64,000 nt of DNA, taken from contig CAVTMK010000001.1 of assembly GCA_963735805.1 (NCBI GenBank), positions 358,246 to 422,245 of the forward strand. Reading direction: 5' to 3'. The stretch is from an uncultured Verrucomicrobiae bacterium (GTDB lineage: Bacteria; Verrucomicrobiota; Verrucomicrobiia; Chthoniobacterales; UBA10450). How positions within the stretch are numbered: position 1 is the stretch's first letter; each line of letters begins with the position of its first letter. Below are positions 28,307 to 37,676 of the stretch, in pieces. The position numbers and the translations under genes were made by a program. The notes beneath the pieces are model-generated. The model ran no database searches, was not told where the DNA came from, and saw nothing but the letters and a program-made list of their open reading frames with translations.

Positions 28307-29458
28307 ATGAAGGCGATTCTAAACCGACGACTGTTGATGGCGCTACTGATTTTGGCGCACGCAAGAGCTTGCTTCGGCCAGGCCGATCCGGCTTCGGAGC
28401 CAGCAGTCCTCGCGGTGGCCAAGGCCTTGCCGGCAGTGGTGAATATTAATACCGAACGCGTGGTAAGACGTACGGTGCGCGATCCGGTGGAGGATTTTTA
28501 TGCGCAATTCTTCGGGTATAATCGAATTCGGCCCCGGGAAGTTCGCCAGACCCTGCAAAGTCTTGGCTCCGGCTTTATTGTCGATCCGGCAGGCTACATC
28601 GTTACCAACCAGCACGTGGTTGAGCGCGCCGCAGATTTGAAAATTCAAGTAACAACAAACGACGGGAAAACGTACAACGCTCACTATATCACCGGCGACG
28701 ACAAGAACGATCTGGCATTCATTAAGATCGACGCCGGAACCGCATTTCCTTTCATCAGTCTTGATAATATTTCGCCAAACCTGCTGGGTCAGACTGTAAT
28801 CGTGGTAGGCAACGCGGTGGGATACGGCAGCTCGATCAGCCGCGGAGTTCTTAGTGCGGTCAAACGCGACATCACTGTGGACGACACCAATTATAAAGGT
28901 CTGGTGCAGACCGACGCGGCAATCAATCCTGGCAACAGCGGCGGGCCCGTGATTGATTTATCTGGCCGGCTGGTAGGCATCAGTTCGGCAAAAATGGCAT
29001 TCACACCGCAAGGCGTGCCTACTCAGGGATTGGGTTTCGCAATTCCGGCGGACGTGGTGCGCGATAGCGTGAATCAATTCAAGAAAATCGCGCTGAAACA
29101 GTCTAAACCTAAGAACCTGCGCGAATCTGCTCCCAACACGTCCGAGTCGAGTGCGCAAAAGTTGTTTGGACTGCAGCTGCAGGATTTGAATCAGGAACTG
29201 AGCGATGCGCTCGGTTATCTTCGCGGCCGCGGCGTTTTGATTACTGCGGTCGAACCAGATAGCCCGGCAGAGGAAGCGGGGCTGACTCGTGGCCTGGTAA
29301 TTTATCGTGCTGGCAAATCCGAAACGAACTCCGTTAAGCAAATCGAGGAACTGCTTCGGGACGTGCAGAGCGGCACCCAACTCGAATTCACGGTTGGTGT
29401 AATCCGCCCCCGAGGGCAAAACCAGCAGCTCGCCACTTTGAGCATGACCGCGCGCTAA
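28307..29458 (+). CDS. HtrA/DegP-like trypsin serine protease with PDZ domain
   Basis: GSGFIV, TNQHVV, TDAAINPGNSGGP, C-terminal PDZ; signal peptide from ATG 28307. Confidence 0.93.
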   Translation: MKAILNRRLLMALLILAHARACFGQADPASEPAVLAVAKALPAVVNINTERVVRRTVRDPVEDFYAQFFGYNRIRPREVRQTLQSLGSGFIVDPAGYIVTNQHVVERAADLKIQVTTNDGKTYNAHYITGDDKNDLAFIKIDAGTAFPFISLDNISPNLLGQTVIVVGNAVGYGSSISRGVLSAVKRDITVDDTNYKGLVQTDAAINPGNSGGPVIDLSGRLVGISSAKMAFTPQGVPTQGLGFAIPADVVRDSVNQFKKIALKQSKPKNLRESAPNTSESSAQKLFGLQLQDLNQELSDALGYLRGRGVLITAVEPDSPAEEAGLTRGLVIYRAGKSETNSVKQIEELLRDVQSGTQLEFTVGVIRPRGQNQQLATLSMTAR

Positions 29459-29509
29459 AAAAATCGGCAACGCAATCACGATTCAGTTGTCTCATGGAAA
29501 TGTTGCTCA

Positions 29510-30445
29510 ATGATTAAAGTCGAGAATCTGACAAAACGGTATGCTGGCCAGCCTGCCATCCGGGATTTGAATTTCGAGGTTAACCGGGGAGAAATCATGG
29601 GGTTTCTAGGTCCCAACGGCGCGGGCAAAACCACAACCATGCGCATTTTGGCCAGTTTCATGCCCCCCACCTCCGGCCGCGCAACGATCGCGGGATTCGA
29701 TGTCTTTGAACAATCGCTGCAGGCACGAGCGCATCTCGGCTATATGCCCGAAAACGTCCCACTGTACAGCGACCTGCGCGTTACAGAGTACCTGCGTTAT
29801 CGCGCCGCCCTTAAGGGAGTTCACCATCGTCGTGTCCCCGAGCGTATCGGCGACGTAAAAGAACTTTGCGGCCTCAAGAGCGTGGAAAACAAGCTGATCG
29901 GGGCCCTCTCCAAGGGATACCGACAAAGAGTCGGACTGGCGGACGCGCTCCTGGCTGAACCCGACCTGCTGATTCTGGACGAGCCGACAATCGGTCTCGA
30001 TCCAAACCAAATCCGGCAGGTGCGCGAACTGATCAAGAACCTGGGCGAGCAGCATACAATTTTGCTTTCGACGCACATCCTGCCCGAAGTGGAGATGACC
30101 TGCAGCCGGGTGATCATCATTCACAAAGGACGAATCGAGGCATGCGATACGCCACAAAACTTGCTGGGAAAAATCAGACAAGCCGGCGGAGTTGTTCTTG
30201 AAGCAAAGGTGGGAACAGACAATGGCGCGGACGAGCTAAAAAAGATTTCGGGTGTGCGAGAAGTGATCACCGATGGGGAAAATGATTGGAAAAAATTCTC
30301 CCTGCGGGTGGAATCGGGTATCGATGTGCGCGAGGAGGTTTTTCGCCTGGCCACCGAGCGCCACTGGACGGTGCGTGAACTGACGCAGCGTCGCGCGACG
30401 CTCGAGGATGTGTTCGTAGAAATCACGCACTCAGACGCTGTGTAA
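29510..30445 (+). CDS. ABC transporter ATP-binding protein (GldA-like)
   Basis: GPNGAGKTT, LSKGYRQRVGLA and LDEPT motifs. Confidence 0.95.
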   Translation: MIKVENLTKRYAGQPAIRDLNFEVNRGEIMGFLGPNGAGKTTTMRILASFMPPTSGRATIAGFDVFEQSLQARAHLGYMPENVPLYSDLRVTEYLRYRAALKGVHHRRVPERIGDVKELCGLKSVENKLIGALSKGYRQRVGLADALLAEPDLLILDEPTIGLDPNQIRQVRELIKNLGEQHTILLSTHILPEVEMTCSRVIIIHKGRIEACDTPQNLLGKIRQAGGVVLEAKVGTDNGADELKKISGVREVITDGENDWKKFSLRVESGIDVREEVFRLATERHWTVRELTQRRATLEDVFVEITHSDAV

Positions 30446-30491
30446 CGATGTCTGGCAAAACGGTCCGGGATTCAAAGGTCCATTGTTTAAT

Positions 30492-31247
30492 ATGAGGAAA
30501 TTTTACGCTCTTCTATCGCGCGAAGTGCGCGGTTATTTCCATTCCCCAATCGCCTATATCGTGCTCGTCTTTTTTCTGATAGTGAGCGGGATCGATTTTT
30601 ATTTCCAGGTCTCCTTCATGAACCAGCGCCAGGTGCAGTACACCATTCAGGAGGCGTTTTTTAACTCAGTCTTCTTCTGGTTTGCCTTTGTTCTGATTTT
30701 TCCCCTGATCACGATGCGTCTGTTCGCGGAAGAATTTAAGCTCGGCACGATTGAACCATTGACAACGGTTCCGGTGCGTGACTGGCAGATAGTACTCGCG
30801 AAATTTTTGGGCGCGCTGGCCTTCTACGTAATTCTATGGGTCCCCACGCTGCTTTACTTTGCGATCTTCCTCAAAGTTACGAACGAGCCGGCTGCTCATT
30901 CTTTGGGAGCATACGCAGGGTCTTATCTGATGCTCCTATTGCTCGGGATGTTTTATCTTTCGATTGGTTGTCTAACATCCGTTCTGACCCGGAACCAGAT
31001 CATCGCGGCGGTCATTTCCTTCTGCGCAATTACACTGCTATTTTTTCTGGGCCTGGTTCAGTTCATTTTGCTGGATGTGAGCTCGGAAACGCGCGATTTG
31101 CTGGGGTATTTCTCGGCAATCGAACACATGGGAACGTTCTCCCGTGGCGTAATAGACACGCGGCCAATCGTTCTCTACGTCAGCATGACCATCGTCATGC
31201 TGTTCCTCACGCACCGGGCGTTTCAATCGCGTAAATGGAGGCTTTAA
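30492..31247 (+). CDS. ABC-2 permease (GldF-like)
   Basis: YF.SPIAY, ITMRLFAEE.KLGTIE.L.T.P and F.RGVID motifs. Confidence 0.9.
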   Translation: MRKFYALLSREVRGYFHSPIAYIVLVFFLIVSGIDFYFQVSFMNQRQVQYTIQEAFFNSVFFWFAFVLIFPLITMRLFAEEFKLGTIEPLTTVPVRDWQIVLAKFLGALAFYVILWVPTLLYFAIFLKVTNEPAAHSLGAYAGSYLMLLLLGMFYLSIGCLTSVLTRNQIIAAVISFCAITLLFFLGLVQFILLDVSSETRDLLGYFSAIEHMGTFSRGVIDTRPIVLYVSMTIVMLFLTHRAFQSRKWRL

Positions 31248-31250
31248 GCG

Positions 31251-32753
31251 ATGGCTCACGAAACAAACCAGCGCCAAAAGCATTCGGGGAAAAAAATCCG
31301 CCGGATCCGAATCGGTTTCAACGTTCTTGCACAAATCGTGCTGATCCTATTTCTGGTTGCGATGGTGAATGCGATAGCCTTCAAACACTACGCGCGCTGG
31401 GATTTTTCCCGCGACCAAAAATATGCTCTCTCGGATAAAACCAAGCGTCTTCTCGACACGCTCAAGGGTAAGATGCGCATCACGGTGTTCTTTCCGCCTA
31501 GCACGCCGATCACCACCGACGTTCAGAACCTGCTGACGGAATATCAGTATGCGGGTAAGGGCAAGATCGACATCGAGCACATCGATCCCGAGCGCAATCT
31601 TTCCCGGGCCAAGGAGTTGTTCGACAAATACAAAGTCGTTACCGACGAGCCTCTTCTGATCGTCGATTACGAGGGACGTAACAAGACCGTCAAGGCATCC
31701 GAAATGGCAGACATTGACCAGAGCGGAATGGCGATGGGTGAAGGCCCTCGCATAGCCGCATTCAAAGGCGAACAAGCCATCACCAGTGCAATAATCGACA
31801 TCGTAGAGGGAAAAAAGAAGATTCTTGGCTACGTCCTCGGTCATAAAGAACCGCCACTTTCAGAAGGCAGCGCGATCTCGGTCCTGAAAACATTTATCGA
31901 AAATGAGAATATCCAATTTAAAGAGCTGAACCTGCTCGATCTCGACGCAATTCCTGACGAAGTAAAGACCATCATGATCGTTGGACCACAATACGACTTT
32001 TCGGAACGCGAAATGAAGGTACTGCGCACCTTCTGGGATAAACAGGGACGGATTTTGCTTCTCCTCGATCCGGCAGCGAAAACACCGAGGCTAGATGCGT
32101 TTGTCAATGAACTAGGCGTCAAAGTGAATGACGACAGACTGATGGTTTTTCTGCAAACCGGGATCCAGGAGCTGGCGTTAACACGCGATGTTCAAGCGCA
32201 TTTCCTCGGCGACAGCCCTATCACAAAGAGGCTAGCCGATGTACGGGCTCTCTTTTTGGGGGGGACTTCTTCACTCACAGTTGAGTCTGATCGCGTTCGC
32301 GCTGCCAATATCCGGGTGGAGCCGCTGATCCAGGCTGAAAAAGGCTACTTTGCGGAAACTGATTATAGCACAGACAACCAGGTGAAACTACAGGCTGACG
32401 CGAAACGGGGCGATAACACACCACTAACAATAGGCGCCGCTATTGAGAAAGGTGGCAGCGCCGACCAACGCGTGCAGGTGAACTCGTCCCGCCTGGTAGT
32501 CGTTAGTAATGCGACGTTTGTTCAGGACAATGCAATTACGCAAGATCAGCAGGGACTGGATTTCATTTCGGGCAGTGTGAACTGGTTGTTGAGCCGCGAA
32601 CAGCTAATCGGTATTGCCCCAAAGGTTTCCAAACCTCTCACTTTTAGTCTCAGCGACGATGCGCTGGCTCGTCTGCGCTGGATCATTCTCGTTTTCATGC
32701 CGTTGGTTCCCGCCGTGATTGGAACGGTGGTTTGGTGGCAACGGCGCGTTTAA
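31251..32753 (+). CDS. GldG-like ABC auxiliary component
   Basis: RWDFS....YALSD.TK, FKGEQAITSAI, GHKE; C-terminal TM followed by WWQRR. Confidence 0.88.
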   Translation: MAHETNQRQKHSGKKIRRIRIGFNVLAQIVLILFLVAMVNAIAFKHYARWDFSRDQKYALSDKTKRLLDTLKGKMRITVFFPPSTPITTDVQNLLTEYQYAGKGKIDIEHIDPERNLSRAKELFDKYKVVTDEPLLIVDYEGRNKTVKASEMADIDQSGMAMGEGPRIAAFKGEQAITSAIIDIVEGKKKILGYVLGHKEPPLSEGSAISVLKTFIENENIQFKELNLLDLDAIPDEVKTIMIVGPQYDFSEREMKVLRTFWDKQGRILLLLDPAAKTPRLDAFVNELGVKVNDDRLMVFLQTGIQELALTRDVQAHFLGDSPITKRLADVRALFLGGTSSLTVESDRVRAANIRVEPLIQAEKGYFAETDYSTDNQVKLQADAKRGDNTPLTIGAAIEKGGSADQRVQVNSSRLVVVSNATFVQDNAITQDQQGLDFISGSVNWLLSREQLIGIAPKVSKPLTFSLSDDALARLRWIILVFMPLVPAVIGTVVWWQRRV

Positions 32754-32864
32754 TCACACGGTGTTGGTGGAGAGTCGTCATATTATTTGTCGTGTCGCGC
32801 AAGTGCGTCGGGAATCTCGGATCACCGGCGATCACCAACGCTTTCGTCATTGCCCTTCCATCAT

Positions 32865-34736
32865 ATGAATTGGAGAACCACAATAATTTTAGGGGCCGTC
32901 GTGCTCGCCGTTTTTGCCTATCTCAGATTCTTTGAGATGAAACAGCCCAGCACCGAGGAGGCCACGCGGCAAGCGCAGAACGTGGTCAATTTCGATCGAA
33001 ACAAAGTCGACGGTATCATCATTCAAAATGGCGACGAAAAGATTGAAATACGGCGCCGCGACAACAAATGGCGGATTGAAACGCCAATCAAGGATCTCGC
33101 AGACAGTGCTTTGGTTGAGAATCTGCTATCGGATTTGGAGACCTGGCAGAAGGAAGGAACAATTCCAGCCAAGGATATTGACGCCGATAAGAGCAAACTG
33201 AGTGAATACGGCCTGAACCGACCAAAGCTTAAGCTCAAATTGATCGGCGCTGATAGGCCACCTGAAATCTTGTTCGGAAAGGACGCGGCATTGGAAGGCA
33301 GGATGTATGTCCGCTTTGACAATTCCAAGGAGACCTTTCTTGCCAGACAGTCAGTCAAGAAGGACATCGATAAAAAAGCGGAGGAATTCCGCGACAGAAA
33401 ATTGACTGACCTGACGACTGCCCAAGTGCACCGCATCGCATTGAAGACGCCTGCCGGCGAAATGGAGCTGGAAAAGAAAGGCGACCATTGGGACATCGTC
33501 AAACCACTTCACGCGCGAGCGGATGACGAAAAAGTCGGGGACCTGATTGCCCAGGTTACAACCGCCCGTATTCAACAATTTGTGGCTGACGATCACGGCG
33601 ATCTTCGCCCTTATGGGCTGGCAGAACCGCGCGGGTCGATCACGTTGTTTAACCAGGAAGGAAAAAAGGATAAAAAAATTGAGATTGCGGACTCGATTAA
33701 GGTCTTTGGCCAGGAGGACAAGGGCCAAATGTTGCAAATCGGCGGCGTGCCTGAGAAGGAAAAGGAGCAGATCTATGTCCGGTTCGCTCCTCGCGGGTCT
33801 GTTTATACATTGCCGAGGAAGATTGAAGAGGTCCTAAACGCCAAACCAGCCGACCTGAGGGACTATCACCTGGCTCGGATCGATACCAACGTTCTCGATC
33901 GGATCACGATCGATGTGCCCGGTAAAGGCAAGACCGTTCTTGCCCGCAAGGATGGAAATTGGACCATCGCTAACAGAAACAACGTGCCCGCAGATTCAGG
34001 CGCAGTCCGCCGCTTAATTGATGCGTTGCAAAACGAGCGAGTGACTAAGTTCGTGGAAGATGTTGCTTCGAATCTGCCAAAATATGGTCTGGACAAACCG
34101 CATCTACAGTTAACATTCAGCTCCTTCGCGTCGGAGAACACCGCTGAGACCAAGGCGGGTGAGGAGCCGTTTGCGACACTGGCCTTCGGAAAAGAAGACG
34201 GAGACAACGTTTACGCGCGACTTACAGATGAGCCGTTTGTGGTAACAGTCCATCGCGGTTTGGTGAACCAGATCTCAACCGATCCCTTGCAATGGCAGGA
34301 GTTATCGATCTTTAAGTTTAAACCTGAACAAATTCATCGTCTCACCATCACAACCGACAAGGAGTTTTCTCTGGAACGCGGCGAAAATAGCCAATGGCAT
34401 TGGCTGAAAGGAACTGGTCAGATCGATGGAAACAATGTGCAATCGCTAGTCAACACATTATCCAGTTTGCGCGCACTGCGCTGGCTCGGAGCTTCGAAGC
34501 TTCAAGACGGTTTCGAAAAGCCGCAGCTGACTGTTGCGTTTACAACGTCGCCTGACGATAAAGCATCACATAAGTTGGTCATCGGTGCCGCGGCTAATGA
34601 CGGAACTTGGTGTGCACATGTAGAAGGCCGCGAAGGGACATTTGTAATTAGCAATTTGGACTTGAACAGCTTGAAGTTACCTCTTGTGGCGCAACCGTCG
34701 CCCACGCCAAGTTCGAGCGCCAGCGTTACGCCCTAG
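32865..34736 (+). CDS. DUF4340 repeat protein
   Basis: N-terminal TM; repeated W.I..P....AD...V..L and YGL..P modules; usual neighbour of GldG-like genes. Confidence 0.85.
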   Translation: MNWRTTIILGAVVLAVFAYLRFFEMKQPSTEEATRQAQNVVNFDRNKVDGIIIQNGDEKIEIRRRDNKWRIETPIKDLADSALVENLLSDLETWQKEGTIPAKDIDADKSKLSEYGLNRPKLKLKLIGADRPPEILFGKDAALEGRMYVRFDNSKETFLARQSVKKDIDKKAEEFRDRKLTDLTTAQVHRIALKTPAGEMELEKKGDHWDIVKPLHARADDEKVGDLIAQVTTARIQQFVADDHGDLRPYGLAEPRGSITLFNQEGKKDKKIEIADSIKVFGQEDKGQMLQIGGVPEKEKEQIYVRFAPRGSVYTLPRKIEEVLNAKPADLRDYHLARIDTNVLDRITIDVPGKGKTVLARKDGNWTIANRNNVPADSGAVRRLIDALQNERVTKFVEDVASNLPKYGLDKPHLQLTFSSFASENTAETKAGEEPFATLAFGKEDGDNVYARLTDEPFVVTVHRGLVNQISTDPLQWQELSIFKFKPEQIHRLTITTDKEFSLERGENSQWHWLKGTGQIDGNNVQSLVNTLSSLRALRWLGASKLQDGFEKPQLTVAFTTSPDDKASHKLVIGAAANDGTWCAHVEGREGTFVISNLDLNSLKLPLVAQPSPTPSSSASVTP

Positions 34737-34757
34737 TCCTCCATACGTTTTTCGCGG

Positions 34758-35438
34758 TCAGAGACGCTGAGCCGTGTAGATCGTCACGATACCATAGCTC
34801 AATGGCTGAAGCGTCGCGCCCACAAAGCCGCTCGCGTGGATTAAATCGATCATCGTATGGCCACTGGGAAATTCTTCGATCGAGTCGCCGAGATAGTCGT
34901 AGGCGCTTTTTTTTCCCGTCAAAAATGCGCCCAATAATGGGAGGCACCGATGCAAATACAAACGATAGATGGTGCGCACAATCGATATTGTTGGCAGTGA
35001 AAACTCAAGCACCAACAGATGGCCGTTTCTCGTAAGCACGCGTGACATCTCAACCAGCGCACCCCTCCAATTTTCCATGTTACGCAAGCCGAAGGCGATG
35101 GTAACGCAATCAAATGAAGCATCGGGGAACGGTAGCTTCATTGCATCTGCAAGGACCGTTTTACGCACGCCTTTCCTCTGCGCCAGCTCCAGCATTTCAG
35201 GCAGGAAATCCACGCCTGTGACTTCCGCATCCGGCAGTTTCTTTTGCAGCGCCAGCGCCAGGTCTCCCGTGCCGGTCGCAAGATCGACAATTTTCCCTGG
35301 ACGCCAGCTGACCACTCTGCTGGTAGCGCACTTACGCCAATAAAAATCGATCCCACAGCTCAGCGCGTGATTGGCGAGATCGTACCGCCTGGCAATGGTG
35401 CCAAACATCTGCCGAACTCGTGCGGGCTCTGTTGCCAT
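34758..35438 (-). CDS. ubiE: Ubiquinone/menaquinone biosynthesis methyltransferase UbiE/MenG
   Basis: VRQMF.TIA.RYDL.N, DLATGTGD, FGLRN and AY.YL..SI..FP motifs. Confidence 0.93.
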   Translation of the reverse strand: MATEPARVRQMFGTIARRYDLANHALSCGIDFYWRKCATSRVVSWRPGKIVDLATGTGDLALALQKKLPDAEVTGVDFLPEMLELAQRKGVRKTVLADAMKLPFPDASFDCVTIAFGLRNMENWRGALVEMSRVLTRNGHLLVLEFSLPTISIVRTIYRLYLHRCLPLLGAFLTGKKSAYDYLGDSIEEFPSGHTMIDLIHASGFVGATLQPLSYGIVTIYTAQRL

Positions 35439-35615
35439 ACTGGATTTTGTCATTAGAAGATGGATAAACGTCGACACATGATTCTACGATGACTCACTTC
35501 TTGTTTACCACATCGATGTAACTCATGCCTAAAAGCCACATGTCCACAAATGTTAGGCATAAAGTTTGTTATAAAAAAGGATTGCTAATGCAGCAAACCC
35601 GGCTATGTCACAGGC

Positions 35616-36050
35616 ATGGATATATCTGTTAAAGCGTTAGAAGAAGCAGTTTCAATACGCCGACAAATTGATGGTCTCGAAAGACGTCTTTCCTCCATCC
35701 TGGGAGGTGCACCTGCCAGACCCACAGCAGCTGCCACCGCACAGGCAGCGCGCTACTTTTCGCCGTCGACCCGAGCGAAGCTTTCAGCCGCGGCCAGGGC
35801 CCGCTGGGCGAGACTAAAGGGCGGGAGCAAACCAACCTCTGCCAAGAAAAAAGGTGCACTTACGGCCGCTGGTCGAAGGAAGCTCTCCGAGCTAATGAAG
35901 GCCCGTTGGGCGGCAAGGAGAAAAACCGGAGGAACGAAAACAGCGCCTTCGGCGAAAAAAGGCGGACTCACAGCAGCCGGGCGAAGAAGGCTTTCACAGT
36001 TGATGAAGGCCCGTTGGGCTGCGCGCAGAAAAGCTAAGGGGCGCAAGTAA
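35616..36050 (+). CDS. Highly basic repeat protein, putative nucleoid-associated/DNA-binding
   Basis: N-terminal coiled-coil, then three repeats of R.KLS...(R/K)ARWA; K/R/A-rich. Confidence 0.8.
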   Translation: MDISVKALEEAVSIRRQIDGLERRLSSILGGAPARPTAAATAQAARYFSPSTRAKLSAAARARWARLKGGSKPTSAKKKGALTAAGRRKLSELMKARWAARRKTGGTKTAPSAKKGGLTAAGRRRLSQLMKARWAARRKAKGRK

Positions 36051-36110
36051 TCGGTCAATAAGACCGAAACCGGTAGGTTGCCGATAAGGTCGTTAGGGGG
36101 GGTCAGGAAC

Positions 36111-36192
36111 TGCTCGCGAGAGGACTCGAACCTCCACGGGTTTCCCCATACGGTCCTGAGCCGTACGCGTCTGCCAATTCCGCCACGCGAGC
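36111..36192 (-). tRNA. tRNA-Leu (CAG), CCA not encoded
   Basis: Acceptor GCTCGCG/CGCGAGC-A, D-loop GGAATTGGCAGAC, anticodon arm TACGG-CTCAGGA-CCGTA, long variable arm, GGTTCGAGTCC. Confidence 0.95.
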
Positions 36193-36286
36193 AAAAACCA
36201 GTGGCCTTACAATGCGCAGGCCACCGCCAAGCCGCAAGGTCAAACCGAATACACTGCAACGGAAGGAAGGCGAATGCTGTTGGCGA

Positions 36287-37165
36287 CTAGCTCAGACGTT
36301 TCTTCCGTGCGCGAACCTCCAATTGGTGCGCTTTGCGGACCTGGCCAAGCGAGCGTAAAAGGTCGGCATAATTGGACACAACAATCTCGTAATCCTTCAA
36401 AGGCTTATCCTTTACCTGCTCCCAATTCTTGAGAGAAGCCTGATAAAGCTCTGCTGCCTTGGCGTAATCGCCGCGCGAATGATAGACAACCGCAAGATTG
36501 CATTTTGACTGCGCAATATCGGCGAGCGGAGGCGGACTTAAATTCTCGCGAATGGCTAGTGCACGAAGATGTATCTTTTCGGCCTCAGTGAAACGGCGTT
36601 CATTGGTGTAAAACACGGCGAGGTTATTTAACACAGAAGCAACGTCGGCATGATCCGGGCCGAGTTGTTTCTCATAAATCTGCAATGCCCGCAAGTAACA
36701 CGGTTCAGCCGCTTTTTGCCGGCCCGATTTTCGTAAAATCAAGGCTACATTGTTTAACATGGTGCCGAGATCCGAATAGTGAATATCTTCGACTTCTGTC
36801 CCTGCGGCGATGGCTTTCTGATAGAAGGTAATGGCCTCTTCAGACTGGCCGAGGCTATCGCATAGAAATGCAAGCCGCTTTGCAGACCGGTATATGGTAC
36901 GTTGATCTGGCGGCTTTACCTTTTCCAGAATTGCATGCGCTTTGAGCAAATATCCTTTGGCCGCTGCGCGATCTCCCTTTTGATCAAGAAGCTGGCCTAA
37001 CTTCTCAAAGCTGGTCGCCAGCGGAAGGTCGGTTCCTCCGAAGGCGCGCTTGGCGATTTCAAGGGCTGTTTCGGCGACACGAATCGCCTGGGGCAAACGG
37101 TTTGTGGCCCGCAGAGTATCGAGTTTGTCGTTGAGGATGGCCCAAAGCTGTTCTTCACCTTTCAT
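36287..37165 (-). CDS. Tetratricopeptide repeat protein (kinesin-light-chain-like TPRs)
   Basis: LGPDHADVASVLNNLA repeats. Confidence 0.88.
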   Translation of the reverse strand: MKGEEQLWAILNDKLDTLRATNRLPQAIRVAETALEIAKRAFGGTDLPLATSFEKLGQLLDQKGDRAAAKGYLLKAHAILEKVKPPDQRTIYRSAKRLAFLCDSLGQSEEAITFYQKAIAAGTEVEDIHYSDLGTMLNNVALILRKSGRQKAAEPCYLRALQIYEKQLGPDHADVASVLNNLAVFYTNERRFTEAEKIHLRALAIRENLSPPPLADIAQSKCNLAVVYHSRGDYAKAAELYQASLKNWEQVKDKPLKDYEIVVSNYADLLRSLGQVRKAHQLEVRARKKRLS

Positions 37166-37172
37166 TTACTCA

Positions 37173-37676
37173 TCACCAACCCTCGCTTACTTGGGTAACC
37201 AGCCGGTTGGCGAGATCCTCGGTTGCAAGGGGCAAAGCCTGGCGCTCGTCGCTGGTCACATCACTGCTCACAAAGAAGGTGGTCTGCCCTACCACATCGC
37301 TCGGCGGTACCAACGGTTTGCCATCTCGTCCGGTTAGCGAGTACTTTACTACCAGCACCAGGCTAAATTCGGTCGTGGCCAGCACGTTTCCACGCACCGA
37401 CCGCGCCGGTGCTCGGGTAATACGGGATATCTCACCTGACAAAGTAGCGTCCGCTTTATCCTCATTGGTAATCTGGAATGTTCCATCTTGTTGTAACTGC
37501 TTGATCACAGTATCGGTAACCAGTACCTCGATCCGAGGGACAAGGGTGCGATTCTTAAACGTCGGTACTGTGATGGATTTAACATCGCGCAGATAATATG
37601 GCTTGACCGGGCCGACATGATAGCCAAGGCAACCAGCCAACGCGAAGCAGAATAGGGTCGCGAATAGGGCTTTCAA
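37173..37676 (-). CDS. lptE: LPS assembly lipoprotein LptE-like
   Basis: Lipobox LAGC, GYHVG, I.VP.FKN.T; directly downstream of bamD. Confidence 0.8.
   Translation of the reverse strand: MKALFATLFCFALAGCLGYHVGPVKPYYLRDVKSITVPTFKNRTLVPRIEVLVTDTVIKQLQQDGTFQITNEDKADATLSGEISRITRAPARSVRGNVLATTEFSLVLVVKYSLTGRDGKPLVPPSDVVGQTTFFVSSDVTSDERQALPLATEDLANRLVTQVSEGW

Noticed and set aside
35440..36192. Genomic island integrated at tRNA-Leu
   Set aside because: I saw no duplicated tRNA 3' end and no integrase; only one gene and an AT-rich spacer lie there.
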